Shown: one piece after another, positions 26,091 through 34,889 of the stretch
How positions within the stretch are numbered: the stretch's first letter is position 1
How the letters are laid out: every line of letters starts with the position of its first letter
DNA from: Ilumatobacteraceae bacterium
Lineage (GTDB): Bacteria > Actinomycetota > Acidimicrobiia > Acidimicrobiales > Ilumatobacteraceae
Reading direction: 5' to 3'
Length of the DNA stretch: 64,000 nt
NCBI GenBank assembly: GCA_023262325.1
Contig: JALRBS010000118.1
Span: 3,199 to 67,198 of the forward strand
Program-made: the position numbers and the translations under genes
Notes under the pieces: generated by a model
Seen by the model: the letters and a program-made list of their open reading frames with translations, nothing else
The model's database searches: none
What the model was told of the DNA's origin: nothing

Positions 26091-27408
26091 GCGGCTCATG
26101 GCATCACAGGTTGCGGCGGCGACCGGTGGCCTGTTGATCGGTCCGGACGTTGAAATCGTGGGCGTCGGTTTTGACTCGCGTGAACGCCTTGATGGAGCGA
26201 TGTTTGTTGCCGTCGTTGGTGAACGTGACGGCCATGACTTCGTCGATACGGCAGTTGAGGGTGGGGCGCGGGCAGCACTCGTGTCGAAGACTGACCGCGC
26301 ATACGGAACGACGGTCATCGCAGTGGATAACACGGTCGATGCATTCGGCGCGCTTGCGGCAGACATGCACAGAGCACATTTCGCTCACGCCCATACCGTC
26401 GGTGTTACTGGCAGCGTGGGCAAGACAACCACAAAAAATTTCATCGCAGGTTGCCTGCCGTCAAAGCGGGTATGGGCGAATCGATCAAGTTTCAACAACG
26501 ACCAGGGTCTGCCGTACACGGTGCTCAATGCACCGGCGGGTACTGAAGTTCTCGTGCTTGAAATGGGTATGCGAGGTTTCGGCGAAATTCAACGGCTCTG
26601 CGACATCGCACCGCCCACTATTTCCGTTGTCACACGAATTGGCGAAGCGCACACCGAACGGCTCGGAGGCATTGAAGGGGTCGCACGAGCAAAATCTGAA
26701 ATTGTCGATGCGCTTCGATCAGATGGGGTTGCGGTACTTCAGGCGAACGATCGGTTCACGAAGTCGATGGCGGCGATGTGTCGTGGTTCGGTTGTCACTT
26801 TTGGGGATGACGGAGACGTGTTTGCGCGGGAGATCAGGGTTGATGATTGCGGGCGCGCTTCGTTTGTGGCGTGCAGTCCATGGGGGGAATCGTCCGTCAC
26901 GCTGTCAATTCCGGGCACACACAACGTGTCGAATGCACTGGCTGCCCTTGCAGTCGCAGGGTCCGTCGGAGAATCGATCGCCGATGCTGCCGGAGCCCTC
27001 GGCGCCGTCGCGGCTGGCGACCATCGCATGGTCCTCCATGAATTCCCACGGCGTGCATTGCTCATTGATGATTGCTACAACGCGAATCCAACGTCGATGG
27101 CTGCTGCGTTCGATACAGCACTGTCAATGAATCGGCGTCGCACGATTGCCGTGTGCGGTCTGATGGCGGAAGTTGACGACGAGGTGAAGGCACACCATTC
27201 GGTTGCACAATTGGCGACGAGTAGCGGGATCGAACTGTGGCCAGCAGACACGAGTCTTTACGGATTGCCTCCGATGGAAGATCTTGCGGCTCGAGTCTGC
27301 GAGGTACTCATCGGCGGTGATGTGTCGGTAGTGGTCAAGGGCAGTCGAGTCGCCGGTCTCGAAACGCTCGTGGAGCGCGTCATCGGCTCACTCAGTGAAG
27401 CCGGCTAG
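26089..27408 (+). CDS. murF: UDP-N-acetylmuramoyl-tripeptide--D-alanyl-D-alanine ligase
   Basis: The track ORF starts at 25993. MurF similarity starts at MRLMASQVAAATGG (ATG 26089, alternative 26098). Mur ligase P-loop GVTGSVGKTTTK, plus DDCYNANP. Confidence 0.9.
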   Translation: MRLMASQVAAATGGLLIGPDVEIVGVGFDSRERLDGAMFVAVVGERDGHDFVDTAVEGGARAALVSKTDRAYGTTVIAVDNTVDAFGALAADMHRAHFAHAHTVGVTGSVGKTTTKNFIAGCLPSKRVWANRSSFNNDQGLPYTVLNAPAGTEVLVLEMGMRGFGEIQRLCDIAPPTISVVTRIGEAHTERLGGIEGVARAKSEIVDALRSDGVAVLQANDRFTKSMAAMCRGSVVTFGDDGDVFAREIRVDDCGRASFVACSPWGESSVTLSIPGTHNVSNALAALAVAGSVGESIADAAGALGAVAAGDHRMVLHEFPRRALLIDDCYNANPTSMAAAFDTALSMNRRRTIAVCGLMAEVDDEVKAHHSVAQLATSSGIELWPADTSLYGLPPMEDLAARVCEVLIGGDVSVVVKGSRVAGLETLVERVIGSLSEAG

Positions 27409-28684
27409 GTGAGCCATCAATGGCTGTGCCAGGTTCATCTTGAAGGAATGAGTCGACAGTGAGCGACGAAAGGTTGCAATAGAAGCCGACAATCCACGCA
27501 CCGACGGCGCCGATTGCGAGCACCCAACGAGCACCGATCGAGTCCATGACCGGTCCTGCGAGCAGATTTCCAAGAGGGATCGAACCGCCGAAAGACATGA
27601 ACCACAGGGGCATGATCGATGCTCGCTCTCCGTTCGTCACATTGTGTTGCAGCTCGGTCATCATCGCGGTTGCGAGCAAGAAGTACACGACGCCGAGTGC
27701 GAAAGAAATCGGTAACGCCAGGGCGTACGAGCTCGTCATCGCGAAGCAAAACAGGATCAAGGCAAACATACGGAACGCCCACTTGATGATCGTGTGACGG
27801 TTCTGACCCGCGAGCACGGTGCCAACCGACAACGCCCCGAGAAAGGCACCTGAACCCCACACGATGTAAAGAACCTTGTAGCTCGAGGAGTCAGCGGCGA
27901 GTCCGAGGTTGAGACGCGCGACGGAGGGAAAGAGGCCGATGTAGGGAAGGCTGACCAGTGAGAAGATGAACATCGAGACGAGCAGAGTCTGTAACACTCG
28001 TCGACTACGGGCCAGCTTGATACCGGTGGTGAGAGCCCTCCATCCTCGCGCCGTATTGCTTGCGACAACTTTGGGCAAGCCCACGCGAGTGAGAGGTGTC
28101 ATGACGAAGATGTAGGTGGCGGCGTTGACGAGAAAGAGTTCCCACAGGTTGAAACCAAACCAGCCGAGCAGCGCGGCGAGCGACGGGCCAGCAATACGGC
28201 TGCCGTTGATCATCGCGCTTGTCAAACTGACCGCACCAGCGAGGTCTTCCCGAGGCACCATCGCTGGAAGGCTCGCGTTAAAAGCCGGCGCCTGAGCGGT
28301 ATTTGAGATACCGATGGCGAGTTGTACGGCGAATATCGTCCAAATTGGGGCATGCCACTTCGCGAGAAATGCGAGAACGACCGAGGCGAGCATCATGCAG
28401 CCTTGCATGGCAAGTACGAGCCGTGTTCGATCGACACGGTCCGCAAGCACTCCTGCAGGTACCGACCCGAAGAGCTGTGGTCCAAGCTGCGCGAAGATGA
28501 GCAAGCCCACGAAGGCGGCTGATCCGGTACGCAGGTCGAGGTAGGCGGGCAGCATGAAGTTCTGCATCCATGTGCCGACATTTGATAAGGAAGCGCCGGT
28601 AAAGAGAAGTCGAAAGTGTCGATGCTGTAGCGCAGCCTTAGCGGTACCGCGCTTGATTGAAGTGGTCTCTGCTGTCGTCTTCAT
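27392..28684 (-). CDS. MFS transporter
   Basis: 430-aa ORF that is hydrophobic throughout, with about 12 TM segments by eye. Its 3' end overlaps the murF 3' end by 17 nt. Confidence 0.8.
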   Translation of the reverse strand: MKTTAETTSIKRGTAKAALQHRHFRLLFTGASLSNVGTWMQNFMLPAYLDLRTGSAAFVGLLIFAQLGPQLFGSVPAGVLADRVDRTRLVLAMQGCMMLASVVLAFLAKWHAPIWTIFAVQLAIGISNTAQAPAFNASLPAMVPREDLAGAVSLTSAMINGSRIAGPSLAALLGWFGFNLWELFLVNAATYIFVMTPLTRVGLPKVVASNTARGWRALTTGIKLARSRRVLQTLLVSMFIFSLVSLPYIGLFPSVARLNLGLAADSSSYKVLYIVWGSGAFLGALSVGTVLAGQNRHTIIKWAFRMFALILFCFAMTSSYALALPISFALGVVYFLLATAMMTELQHNVTNGERASIMPLWFMSFGGSIPLGNLLAGPVMDSIGARWVLAIGAVGAWIVGFYCNLSSLTVDSFLQDEPGTAIDGSPSRLH

Positions 28685-28762
28685 GGGGGCTAGGTCAACT
28701 TAGCCGCGCACTACAACGAATCTTTGAATGACTGCCACCACGGGCGCAGGCGATGAAGAGCG

Positions 28763-29800
28763 TTAGGAGAGGATGTCGGCGAAGGTGTGCAACATCTGAG
28801 GGGGACCTGAGAGCAGAAGTGTCGTCAGGACCGTGTCCTCCCAACGCGGCAGCTCCGACCGAATCTTGTCGGGTGGCCCCACTAACGCGACATCCTCGAC
28901 CATTTTGAGAGGAATCGAGGCTGCTGCCTCTTCTTTGCGTCCTTCGAGGTAGAGCTCCTGAACCCGTACAGCAACATCTTCGTACCCCATTCGAGCAAAC
29001 ACGTCGAAGTGGAAATTTGCGCCTCGTGCGCCCATGCCGCCCGCATAGAGCGCGAGCATCGGACGAACGAGATCAGCACACTTTTCTACGTCTGGACCAG
29101 GAATGACCGAGATAGGGGCGATGACTTCGAACCGCTGCTGCTTATCCGCCTGACCTGACTTCGCGAAGCCATCGTGGAGGCAGCGTTCATAGAACGAGTT
29201 CTCCGAAGGCGAAAAGAACAGCGGCAGCCATCCATCACAAATTTCCGCGGCAAGTGCGACGTTCTTTGGACCTTCGGCGCCGAGATAAATCGGCACGTCG
29301 GTACGAAATGGATGCACCGTTGACTTCAGTGGCTTTCCGAGCCCCGTTGCGTTTGTGCCGTCGTAGGGGAGTGAGTACTGGTTGCCGTCAAACTCCACGG
29401 GGCGATCGCGTCGAAGCACCGATCGAATGATCTCGACGTATTCGCGGGTGCGTTCTAGAGGACGTTCATAATGTTCGCCATACCAACCTTCAACGACCTG
29501 TGGACCGGATACGCCGAGCCCGAGAATGAAGCGTCCGCCACTGAGGTGGTCCATCGTCATCGCAGCCATAGCAGTAGCCGTTGGGGTTCGCGCCGACAGT
29601 TGGCAGATTCCCGTTCCGAGTTGAATCCGCTCGGTCGAGGCTCCCCACCACGCAAGCGGGGTTAGCGCGTCTGACCCGTATGCCTCAGCGGTCCACGCCG
29701 AAGCGAAACCCAATCGTTCGGCCTCAAGGATTCCCTCGAGAGCTCCTTTAGGAGGACCCGCTGACCAATACCCAACGCTGTATCCGAGTTGCAAAGTCAT
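28763..29800 (-). CDS. LLM-class F420-dependent oxidoreductase
   Basis: 345-aa ORF paralogous to 1324..2370 (GLGVSGPQVVEGWYG, GMGARGANFH). TAAGGT-N6-ATG lies upstream. Confidence 0.8.
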   Translation of the reverse strand: MTLQLGYSVGYWSAGPPKGALEGILEAERLGFASAWTAEAYGSDALTPLAWWGASTERIQLGTGICQLSARTPTATAMAAMTMDHLSGGRFILGLGVSGPQVVEGWYGEHYERPLERTREYVEIIRSVLRRDRPVEFDGNQYSLPYDGTNATGLGKPLKSTVHPFRTDVPIYLGAEGPKNVALAAEICDGWLPLFFSPSENSFYERCLHDGFAKSGQADKQQRFEVIAPISVIPGPDVEKCADLVRPMLALYAGGMGARGANFHFDVFARMGYEDVAVRVQELYLEGRKEEAAASIPLKMVEDVALVGPPDKIRSELPRWEDTVLTTLLLSGPPQMLHTFADILS

Positions 29801-29806
29801 GTCTCG

Positions 29807-29812
29807 ACCTTA
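29807..29812 (-). promoter_or_regulatory. -10 element TAAGGT, 6 nt upstream of ATG 29800 (leaderless-type)
   Basis: The minus strand reads TAAGGT CGAGAC ATG. Confidence 0.5.
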
Positions 29813-29859
29813 GAACGACTTGGGCGGAACTCGGTGGTTCGACAACCCGACTGTCGCCG

Positions 29860-30963
29860 TTAGCGCGAGATTGACTGAGCAACGACGGCGTTCACAACCT
29901 CGCCGTTACGAGTATTGAGTCCGTTCCCAAGATGCGAGTTCGATGCAATTGCGTGATCGGTACCTTTTTGCGCAAGTTCGGCGATGCGCGGCAGGGTCAC
30001 ATTTGTGAGTGCAAGCGTCGAGGTTCTCGGCACAGCACCCGGCATGTTGCCCACGGCGTAGTGGACGATGCCATGTACCTCTCGTGTTGGTTCGCGATGA
30101 GATGTTTCGATCGTCGTTTCAACACAGCCCCCTTGATCGACTGCGACGTCGACGATCACGCTGCCTTTGCGCATCGTTCGAACCATGTCCTCAGATACGA
30201 CAACCGGCGCTCGACCACCGGCAACAAGTACGGCGCCGATGACGAGGTCACTTGATGCGACCGCCCGGGCTACAGCGGCGCGACTCGAGGCAAGTGTGCG
30301 AAGTCGTGAGAACTTGTGTTCGTCGATCCAAATGAGACGCTCGATTGATCGATCGACGATCGTGACGTTTGCGCCGAGTCCGAGGGCGACTCGAGCAGCT
30401 GCCCATCCAACGTTTCCACCACCGAGAACGAGAACTTCGGCTGGCAGAACTCCTGGCACTCCACCCATGAGCAGGCCGGCTCCACCAAGGTGGGCAGAGA
30501 GGTGGTGGGCACCCATTTGTGCCGCGAGTTGTCCGGCAATTTCGCTCATTGGTGCGAGCAGCGGCAGCCCACCGTTGTCGTCAGTAACAGTTTCATAAGC
30601 GAAACCTGTCGTGCCTGCATCACATAGAGCGGTCGCAACCCCGGGATAGGCGGCGAGATGCAGGTAGGTAAACAACGTGAGGTCACTTCGGAGATACGTG
30701 AATTCATTGTCCTGAGGTTCTTTCACCTTCACGACCAGTTCAGCGCCCCACGCATCGGCTGCACTGTCGACAATGATCGCGCCGGCTGCCTCATAATCGC
30801 CGTTCGCAAAACCAGCGCCGAGGCCGGCGTCATATTCCACAAGGACCGTCTTTCCGAGTGCATGAAGTTCGGACGCGCCGTCTGGTGTGAGTGCAACTCG
30901 ACGCTCGTCGGACTTGATTTCGCGTGGAACGCCAACGCTCTGGAAACCATGTGTGTCGCTCAT
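29860..30963 (-). CDS. ald: alanine dehydrogenase
   Basis: 367-aa ORF with VGVPREIKSDERRVALTP, a VLVLGGGNVG Rossmann fold and HYAVGNMPGAVPRTST. It is divergent from an Lrp/AsnC regulator, as in the mycobacterial ald/aldR pair. Confidence 0.92.
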   Translation of the reverse strand: MSDTHGFQSVGVPREIKSDERRVALTPDGASELHALGKTVLVEYDAGLGAGFANGDYEAAGAIIVDSAADAWGAELVVKVKEPQDNEFTYLRSDLTLFTYLHLAAYPGVATALCDAGTTGFAYETVTDDNGGLPLLAPMSEIAGQLAAQMGAHHLSAHLGGAGLLMGGVPGVLPAEVLVLGGGNVGWAAARVALGLGANVTIVDRSIERLIWIDEHKFSRLRTLASSRAAVARAVASSDLVIGAVLVAGGRAPVVVSEDMVRTMRKGSVIVDVAVDQGGCVETTIETSHREPTREVHGIVHYAVGNMPGAVPRTSTLALTNVTLPRIAELAQKGTDHAIASNSHLGNGLNTRNGEVVNAVVAQSISR

Positions 30964-30969
30964 GCGACC

Positions 30970-30975
30970 AGTATG
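30970..30975 (-). promoter_or_regulatory. -10-like CATACT, 6 nt upstream of the ald ATG (leaderless-type)
   Basis: The minus strand reads CATACT GGTCGC ATG. Confidence 0.4.
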
Positions 30976-31024
30976 AACACTTTGGCGCCGAGCATTACTC
31001 GAAAATCCGTAGTGGTAGCGTTCT

Positions 31025-31486
31025 TTGACGATGGATTCATCACCTATAGATCAAATTGACGAACGAATCATTCGTATTCTCGCAGTCAGGGGTCGAATCT
31101 CGTGGGCGGAGTTGGCGAACGAGGTACATCTCTCTCCGACTGCGGTGGCGGAAAGGGTGCGACGCCTCGAACGAGAAGGCGTTATTACGTCGTATTCGGC
31201 GAACGTCAACACGCAAAAACTCGGGACGACGGTGCGGGCAGTGATCGAGGTGGGCCTCGTAGCAGGAGCAGACATCGAAGCATTCGAACGCCGCCTTCAC
31301 ACTCGATCAGAGATTTCCTTTGCGGCGTATGTCACCGGCAGGTCCGATTACTCAGTTCAGGTTGACTGCGTCGGAGCGGAGGGGCTCGATGAGGTAGTGC
31401 GATGGCTCCGATCTGACGTCGCTGTATCGAGCACCGAAAGCAGGTTCGTGCTGCGCGTTGTTATCGAGCAGCGTCAGACATGGTAA
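31025..31486 (+). CDS. Lrp/AsnC family transcriptional regulator
   Basis: 153-aa ORF (TTG 31025, with ATG 31031 equally possible). It has an HTH (IDERIIRILAVRGRISWAELANEVHLSPTAVAERVRRLEREGVI) and an ACT-like RAM domain. Confidence 0.88.
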   Translation: MTMDSSPIDQIDERIIRILAVRGRISWAELANEVHLSPTAVAERVRRLEREGVITSYSANVNTQKLGTTVRAVIEVGLVAGADIEAFERRLHTRSEISFAAYVTGRSDYSVQVDCVGAEGLDEVVRWLRSDVAVSSTESRFVLRVVIEQRQTW

Positions 31487-31495
31487 AAATCCACC

Positions 31496-32926
31496 ATGTC
31501 TGAGACAGTAAAAAATTTCATCAACGGAGAAGTTCGCGACTCGGCTCAAGGGCGGCGGAGCGAAATCATCGATCCATGCACAGGCGAAGCATACGCAGAG
31601 GCGGTTGTGTCGGACGCCGCCGATGTTGATGCTGCGATGGCAGCAGCCGAGCACGCGTTCGAGTCATGGAAGCGAACCACCCCGTCAGAGCGTTCGCTGG
31701 CAATGTTGAAATTTGCTGACGCGGTCGAGGCGGCTGCTGATGAACTCATGGCTGCCGAATCAAAGAACTGCGGCAAGCCCTATGACCTTCATCGTGGCGA
31801 AGAAATTGGTCCAATGGTTGATCAGATTCGGTTCTTCGCGGGTGCTGCTCGACATCTCGAAGGGAAGGCTTCGACTGAATACATGGCGGACCTTACGTCC
31901 ATCATCCGCCGCGAGCCGGTAGGCGTCTGTGCGCAGGTTGCACCATGGAACTATCCGATGATGATGGCAGTCTGGAAACTTGCACCGGCGATTGCCGCTG
32001 GAAACACTGTCGTTCTCAAACCGAGCGACACCACGCCCGTCACCACCACCATGCTCGCCGAGATTGCTGCCGAGCATTTTCCCGCTGGCGTTCTCAACGT
32101 GATTTGCGGCGATCGCGACACAGGACGTGCGATGGTGACTCACCCGACCCCCGCCATGGTGTCTGTTACCGGATCCGTTCGTGCTGGTACAGAAGTTGCC
32201 GCTGCGGCGTCGGCCGACTTGAAGCGAGTTCACCTTGAACTCGGCGGTAAAGCACCCGTCATCGTGTTCAACGACGCAGATATCGAATCCGCAGCTGAGG
32301 CGATCGCAACTGCGGGCTATTTCAATGCCGGTCAGGACTGCACAGCAGCAACTCGTGTGCTCGTTCAGAAGGGTATCGCTGGGGAGTTCGCCGCTGCCCT
32401 CGCCGAACAAGCCTCCAGTGCAGGTATCGGCAGTCCGCAAGACGCAGACATTCTCCTTGGCCCGGTTAACAACGCGAATCAACTCGCGCACGTGCTCGGC
32501 TTTCTCGACCGAAAGCCATCTCATGCCAAAGTGCTCGCCGGTGGTGAGCGACTCGGCGAAACCGGCTATTTCATTCGTCCGACAGTGGTCGCCGGCCTCC
32601 GTCAAGGAGATGAGATGAGCGAGCGGGAAATCTTTGGTCCCGTGATCACCGTTCAGGAGTTTGACGACGAAGCGGAAGCCTTGACGGCGGCGAACTCAGT
32701 TGAATACGGACTTGCATCGAGCGTGTGGACCCAGCAGGTGGGTCGCGCTATGCGGATGTCTCGAGAACTCGAGTTTGGCTGTGTGTGGATCAACACCCAT
32801 ATTCCGCTTGTCGCTGAAATGCCGCACGGCGGGTACAAGAAGTCGGGCTACGGAAAAGATCTGTCTGCATACGCGCTCGACGACTACACGCGCATCAAGC
32901 ACGTCATGGTGAACATCGGCGGATGA
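31496..32926 (+). CDS. NAD-dependent aldehyde dehydrogenase (aminobutyraldehyde/betaine-aldehyde DH-like)
   Basis: 476-aa ORF with ALDH motifs VLKPSDTTP, ELGGKAP, GQDCTAATR and EIFGPV. Confidence 0.88.
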   Translation: MSETVKNFINGEVRDSAQGRRSEIIDPCTGEAYAEAVVSDAADVDAAMAAAEHAFESWKRTTPSERSLAMLKFADAVEAAADELMAAESKNCGKPYDLHRGEEIGPMVDQIRFFAGAARHLEGKASTEYMADLTSIIRREPVGVCAQVAPWNYPMMMAVWKLAPAIAAGNTVVLKPSDTTPVTTTMLAEIAAEHFPAGVLNVICGDRDTGRAMVTHPTPAMVSVTGSVRAGTEVAAAASADLKRVHLELGGKAPVIVFNDADIESAAEAIATAGYFNAGQDCTAATRVLVQKGIAGEFAAALAEQASSAGIGSPQDADILLGPVNNANQLAHVLGFLDRKPSHAKVLAGGERLGETGYFIRPTVVAGLRQGDEMSEREIFGPVITVQEFDDEAEALTAANSVEYGLASSVWTQQVGRAMRMSRELEFGCVWINTHIPLVAEMPHGGYKKSGYGKDLSAYALDDYTRIKHVMVNIGG

Positions 32927-32957
32927 CCCACCGATTGAATGTCGTTTAGGTAGCCAT

Positions 32958-33473
32958 ATGCGTAGCCCTCATGAGGTGCTCGGTGTCCGCGAGAACGCCT
33001 CACGACGCGAAATTCGCGAGGCGTACCGTCGGCGCGCAAGGTTGCTTCACCCTGATAGCGGTGGAACGGGTCGCGTCGATGAGATGGTTGAACTCAATGA
33101 CGCATACTCCGAGCTGTCTCGGGGACACGTTCGCATCACCGCTGCTCCCACATCGCCATCGCCCGTCGTCTCGGTGAATGCGCCCGCTCGATTCCCGTGG
33201 CGGTTCGTTGTGTCGTGTGCGATCATCGGCTCGGCTGTTGTCGTTGCCGGCTCCCTCATTGTCTCGCCCCGGGCAGCGGAGGCGCCAGACGGCGTCATCA
33301 CTGTCGGTTCGTGTGTGGAGATCTTCGACAATCTCACTGTCGGTGAAGTTGAGTGCGGGGGCACCGGTCAACTCGTGGTTCGGCAATTTGTTCCACTCGA
33401 TGCGGGGTGTGCTGATGGATCAGTTGGTTACCTCGATCGCCAGGGCATGGGTCGCGCTTGTCTCGACGAGTAG
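32958..33473 (+). CDS. J-domain (DnaJ-like) membrane protein with Cys-containing C-terminal domain
   Basis: 171-aa ORF. It has a J domain with an HPD motif (HEVLGVRENASRREIREAYRRRARLLHPD), one TM segment (FVVSCAIIGSAVVVAGSLIV) and a 4-Cys C-terminal region. Confidence 0.7.
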   Translation: MRSPHEVLGVRENASRREIREAYRRRARLLHPDSGGTGRVDEMVELNDAYSELSRGHVRITAAPTSPSPVVSVNAPARFPWRFVVSCAIIGSAVVVAGSLIVSPRAAEAPDGVITVGSCVEIFDNLTVGEVECGGTGQLVVRQFVPLDAGCADGSVGYLDRQGMGRACLDE

Positions 33474-33871
33474 CGATCAGTCTGCTGTTGTGCGTCATCG
33501 CAGTGTCAACGGTGGCCCTTGTGGCAGGGCAACAAACGGTCACCCTGGACGACCTCGAGGATGGCGACTGCTTCGTGTTTGACGAGGAAATGGATCTGCA
33601 GAACCTGACATCGTTCGATCTTCAACCTTGCGCAAATGCTCTCGCAAGTGTGAAGGGATCAGGTCGAGTTGCCGCACAAGTTGTCGCAACTTCAGACCTG
33701 CGAACTGGCGACGAGGAGTATCCGTCCGTGGAGGAGTTGTTACTGCGGGCTGACACGTTTTGCACTGCGGAGGGGTTTAATGCCTACGCGGTGATTCCGC
33801 TGCTGCCAGACGAATCAACGTGGACCCGCCGCCAAGGACGTGCGGTATGCGTTGCGCTCGCACGGGCATGA
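33458..33871 (+). CDS. hypothetical membrane-anchored/secreted protein with a 4-Cys domain (septum-formation-family-like)
   Basis: 137-aa ORF with a TTG start that overlaps the previous stop. It has an N-terminal hydrophobic segment, then GDCF...PC...C...VCV. Confidence 0.5.
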   Translation: MSRRVAISLLLCVIAVSTVALVAGQQTVTLDDLEDGDCFVFDEEMDLQNLTSFDLQPCANALASVKGSGRVAAQVVATSDLRTGDEEYPSVEELLLRADTFCTAEGFNAYAVIPLLPDESTWTRRQGRAVCVALARA

Positions 33872-33909
33872 GTGGTGCGGGAATGGACGCTGGTAGCCTG
33901 ACTGTTCGA

Positions 33910-33982
33910 GGGCGATTAGCTCAGTTGGAAGAGCGCCACGTTCACACCGTGGAGGTCATGGGATCGAGGCCCGTATCGCCCA
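33910..33982 (+). tRNA. tRNA-Val (anticodon CAC)
   Basis: Hand-folded cloverleaf: 7-bp acceptor stem (GGGCGAT/ATCGCCC), D-arm GCTC/GAGC, anticodon stem CCACG/CGTGG with loop TTCACAC, 5-nt variable loop, T-arm ATGGG/CCCGT and discriminator A. No CCA is encoded. Confidence 0.9.
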
Positions 33983-34017
33983 CTCGAGGATCTCTCGGTC
34001 GTGACCATTCGTGCGGT

Positions 34018-34023
34018 TAATCT
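34018..34023 (+). promoter_or_regulatory. -10 element TAATCT, 6 nt upstream of GTG 34030 (leaderless-type)
   Basis: taatct gacgat gtg. Confidence 0.5.
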
Positions 34024-34029
34024 GACGAT

Positions 34030-34452
34030 GTGCAGCGCTGTGATCGACCAGGGTGCAACGAAGTTGCCGAACTGTCGTACGGGTTCGATCGCGATCGACA
34101 ACTTTTCTGGATTTCACCGCTTGAAAGTGAAGGCTCGGCGGGACGGTTATGTGCAGCGCATGCCGACCGACTCACTGTTCCGAAGGGCTGGGCGCTCGAT
34201 GACCGCCGTGATCCGACGTTGCGCCTATTTCGATCGAAACACGACGTTTCTCCGTCAACAAGAAATCGACGCAACCGCCGGACAACACGAACACCACGTG
34301 TTGAAACACCCTCGTTGTGGTCAGAGGTTGGTGGTGCTTCGTCGATTGCACTTCCACAACGCCCAGAGAATTCCGAACCTTCACGACAGCTGTCGCCGTT
34401 GCTGTTACGGGCGTTTACCGGAATTCCACTTGCGCACGGCGAAGTTGACTAG
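34030..34452 (+). CDS. DUF3499 domain-containing protein
   Basis: 140-aa ORF. MQRCDRPGCNEVAELSYGFDRDRQLFWISPL...LCAAHADRLTVPKGWALDDRR matches the conserved actinobacterial DUF3499 pattern. Confidence 0.75.
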   Translation: MQRCDRPGCNEVAELSYGFDRDRQLFWISPLESEGSAGRLCAAHADRLTVPKGWALDDRRDPTLRLFRSKHDVSPSTRNRRNRRTTRTPRVETPSLWSEVGGASSIALPQRPENSEPSRQLSPLLLRAFTGIPLAHGEVD

Positions 34453-34889
34453 TGGCGATTGAACTGCACGGTTCGTCCGTTGTGAAGAGCACGCCGAGTG
34501 CGGTGTATGAGATTTTGCGCGATCTTTCTACGTACCCGCAGTGGGTTCACATTGTGGAGTCAGCGGTAGAGGAGGGTTCAGGGGTCTATGACGTCACGTT
34601 GCGTGCAACCATTGGTCCATTCGCCCGTTCGAAGCGTCTTCGTATGCGTCGAGTTCTTGATGAAGCCGACGCGGTGGAGTTTGTGCGAGAGGAACTCGAC
34701 GGAAAGCGGCATGCCCATTGGCAATATCGCGCCTCGATATGTGCCGACGAGATGACAACAGTCGTTAACGCAACGCTCGTATACGGCGGTGCGTTGTGGA
34801 TTCCTGGTTCGTTCGATCGCGTCATCGCTGACCAGATCGATCAGGCAGGGTCGCGTCTTGACGCTCTCATCGACGCGCGCGAGCACTAA
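34452..34889 (+). CDS. SRPBCC (polyketide cyclase/dehydrase-like) family protein
   Basis: 145-aa ORF containing SAVYEILRDLSTYPQWVHIV. Its start abuts the DUF3499 stop. Confidence 0.65.
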   Translation: MAIELHGSSVVKSTPSAVYEILRDLSTYPQWVHIVESAVEEGSGVYDVTLRATIGPFARSKRLRMRRVLDEADAVEFVREELDGKRHAHWQYRASICADEMTTVVNATLVYGGALWIPGSFDRVIADQIDQAGSRLDALIDAREH

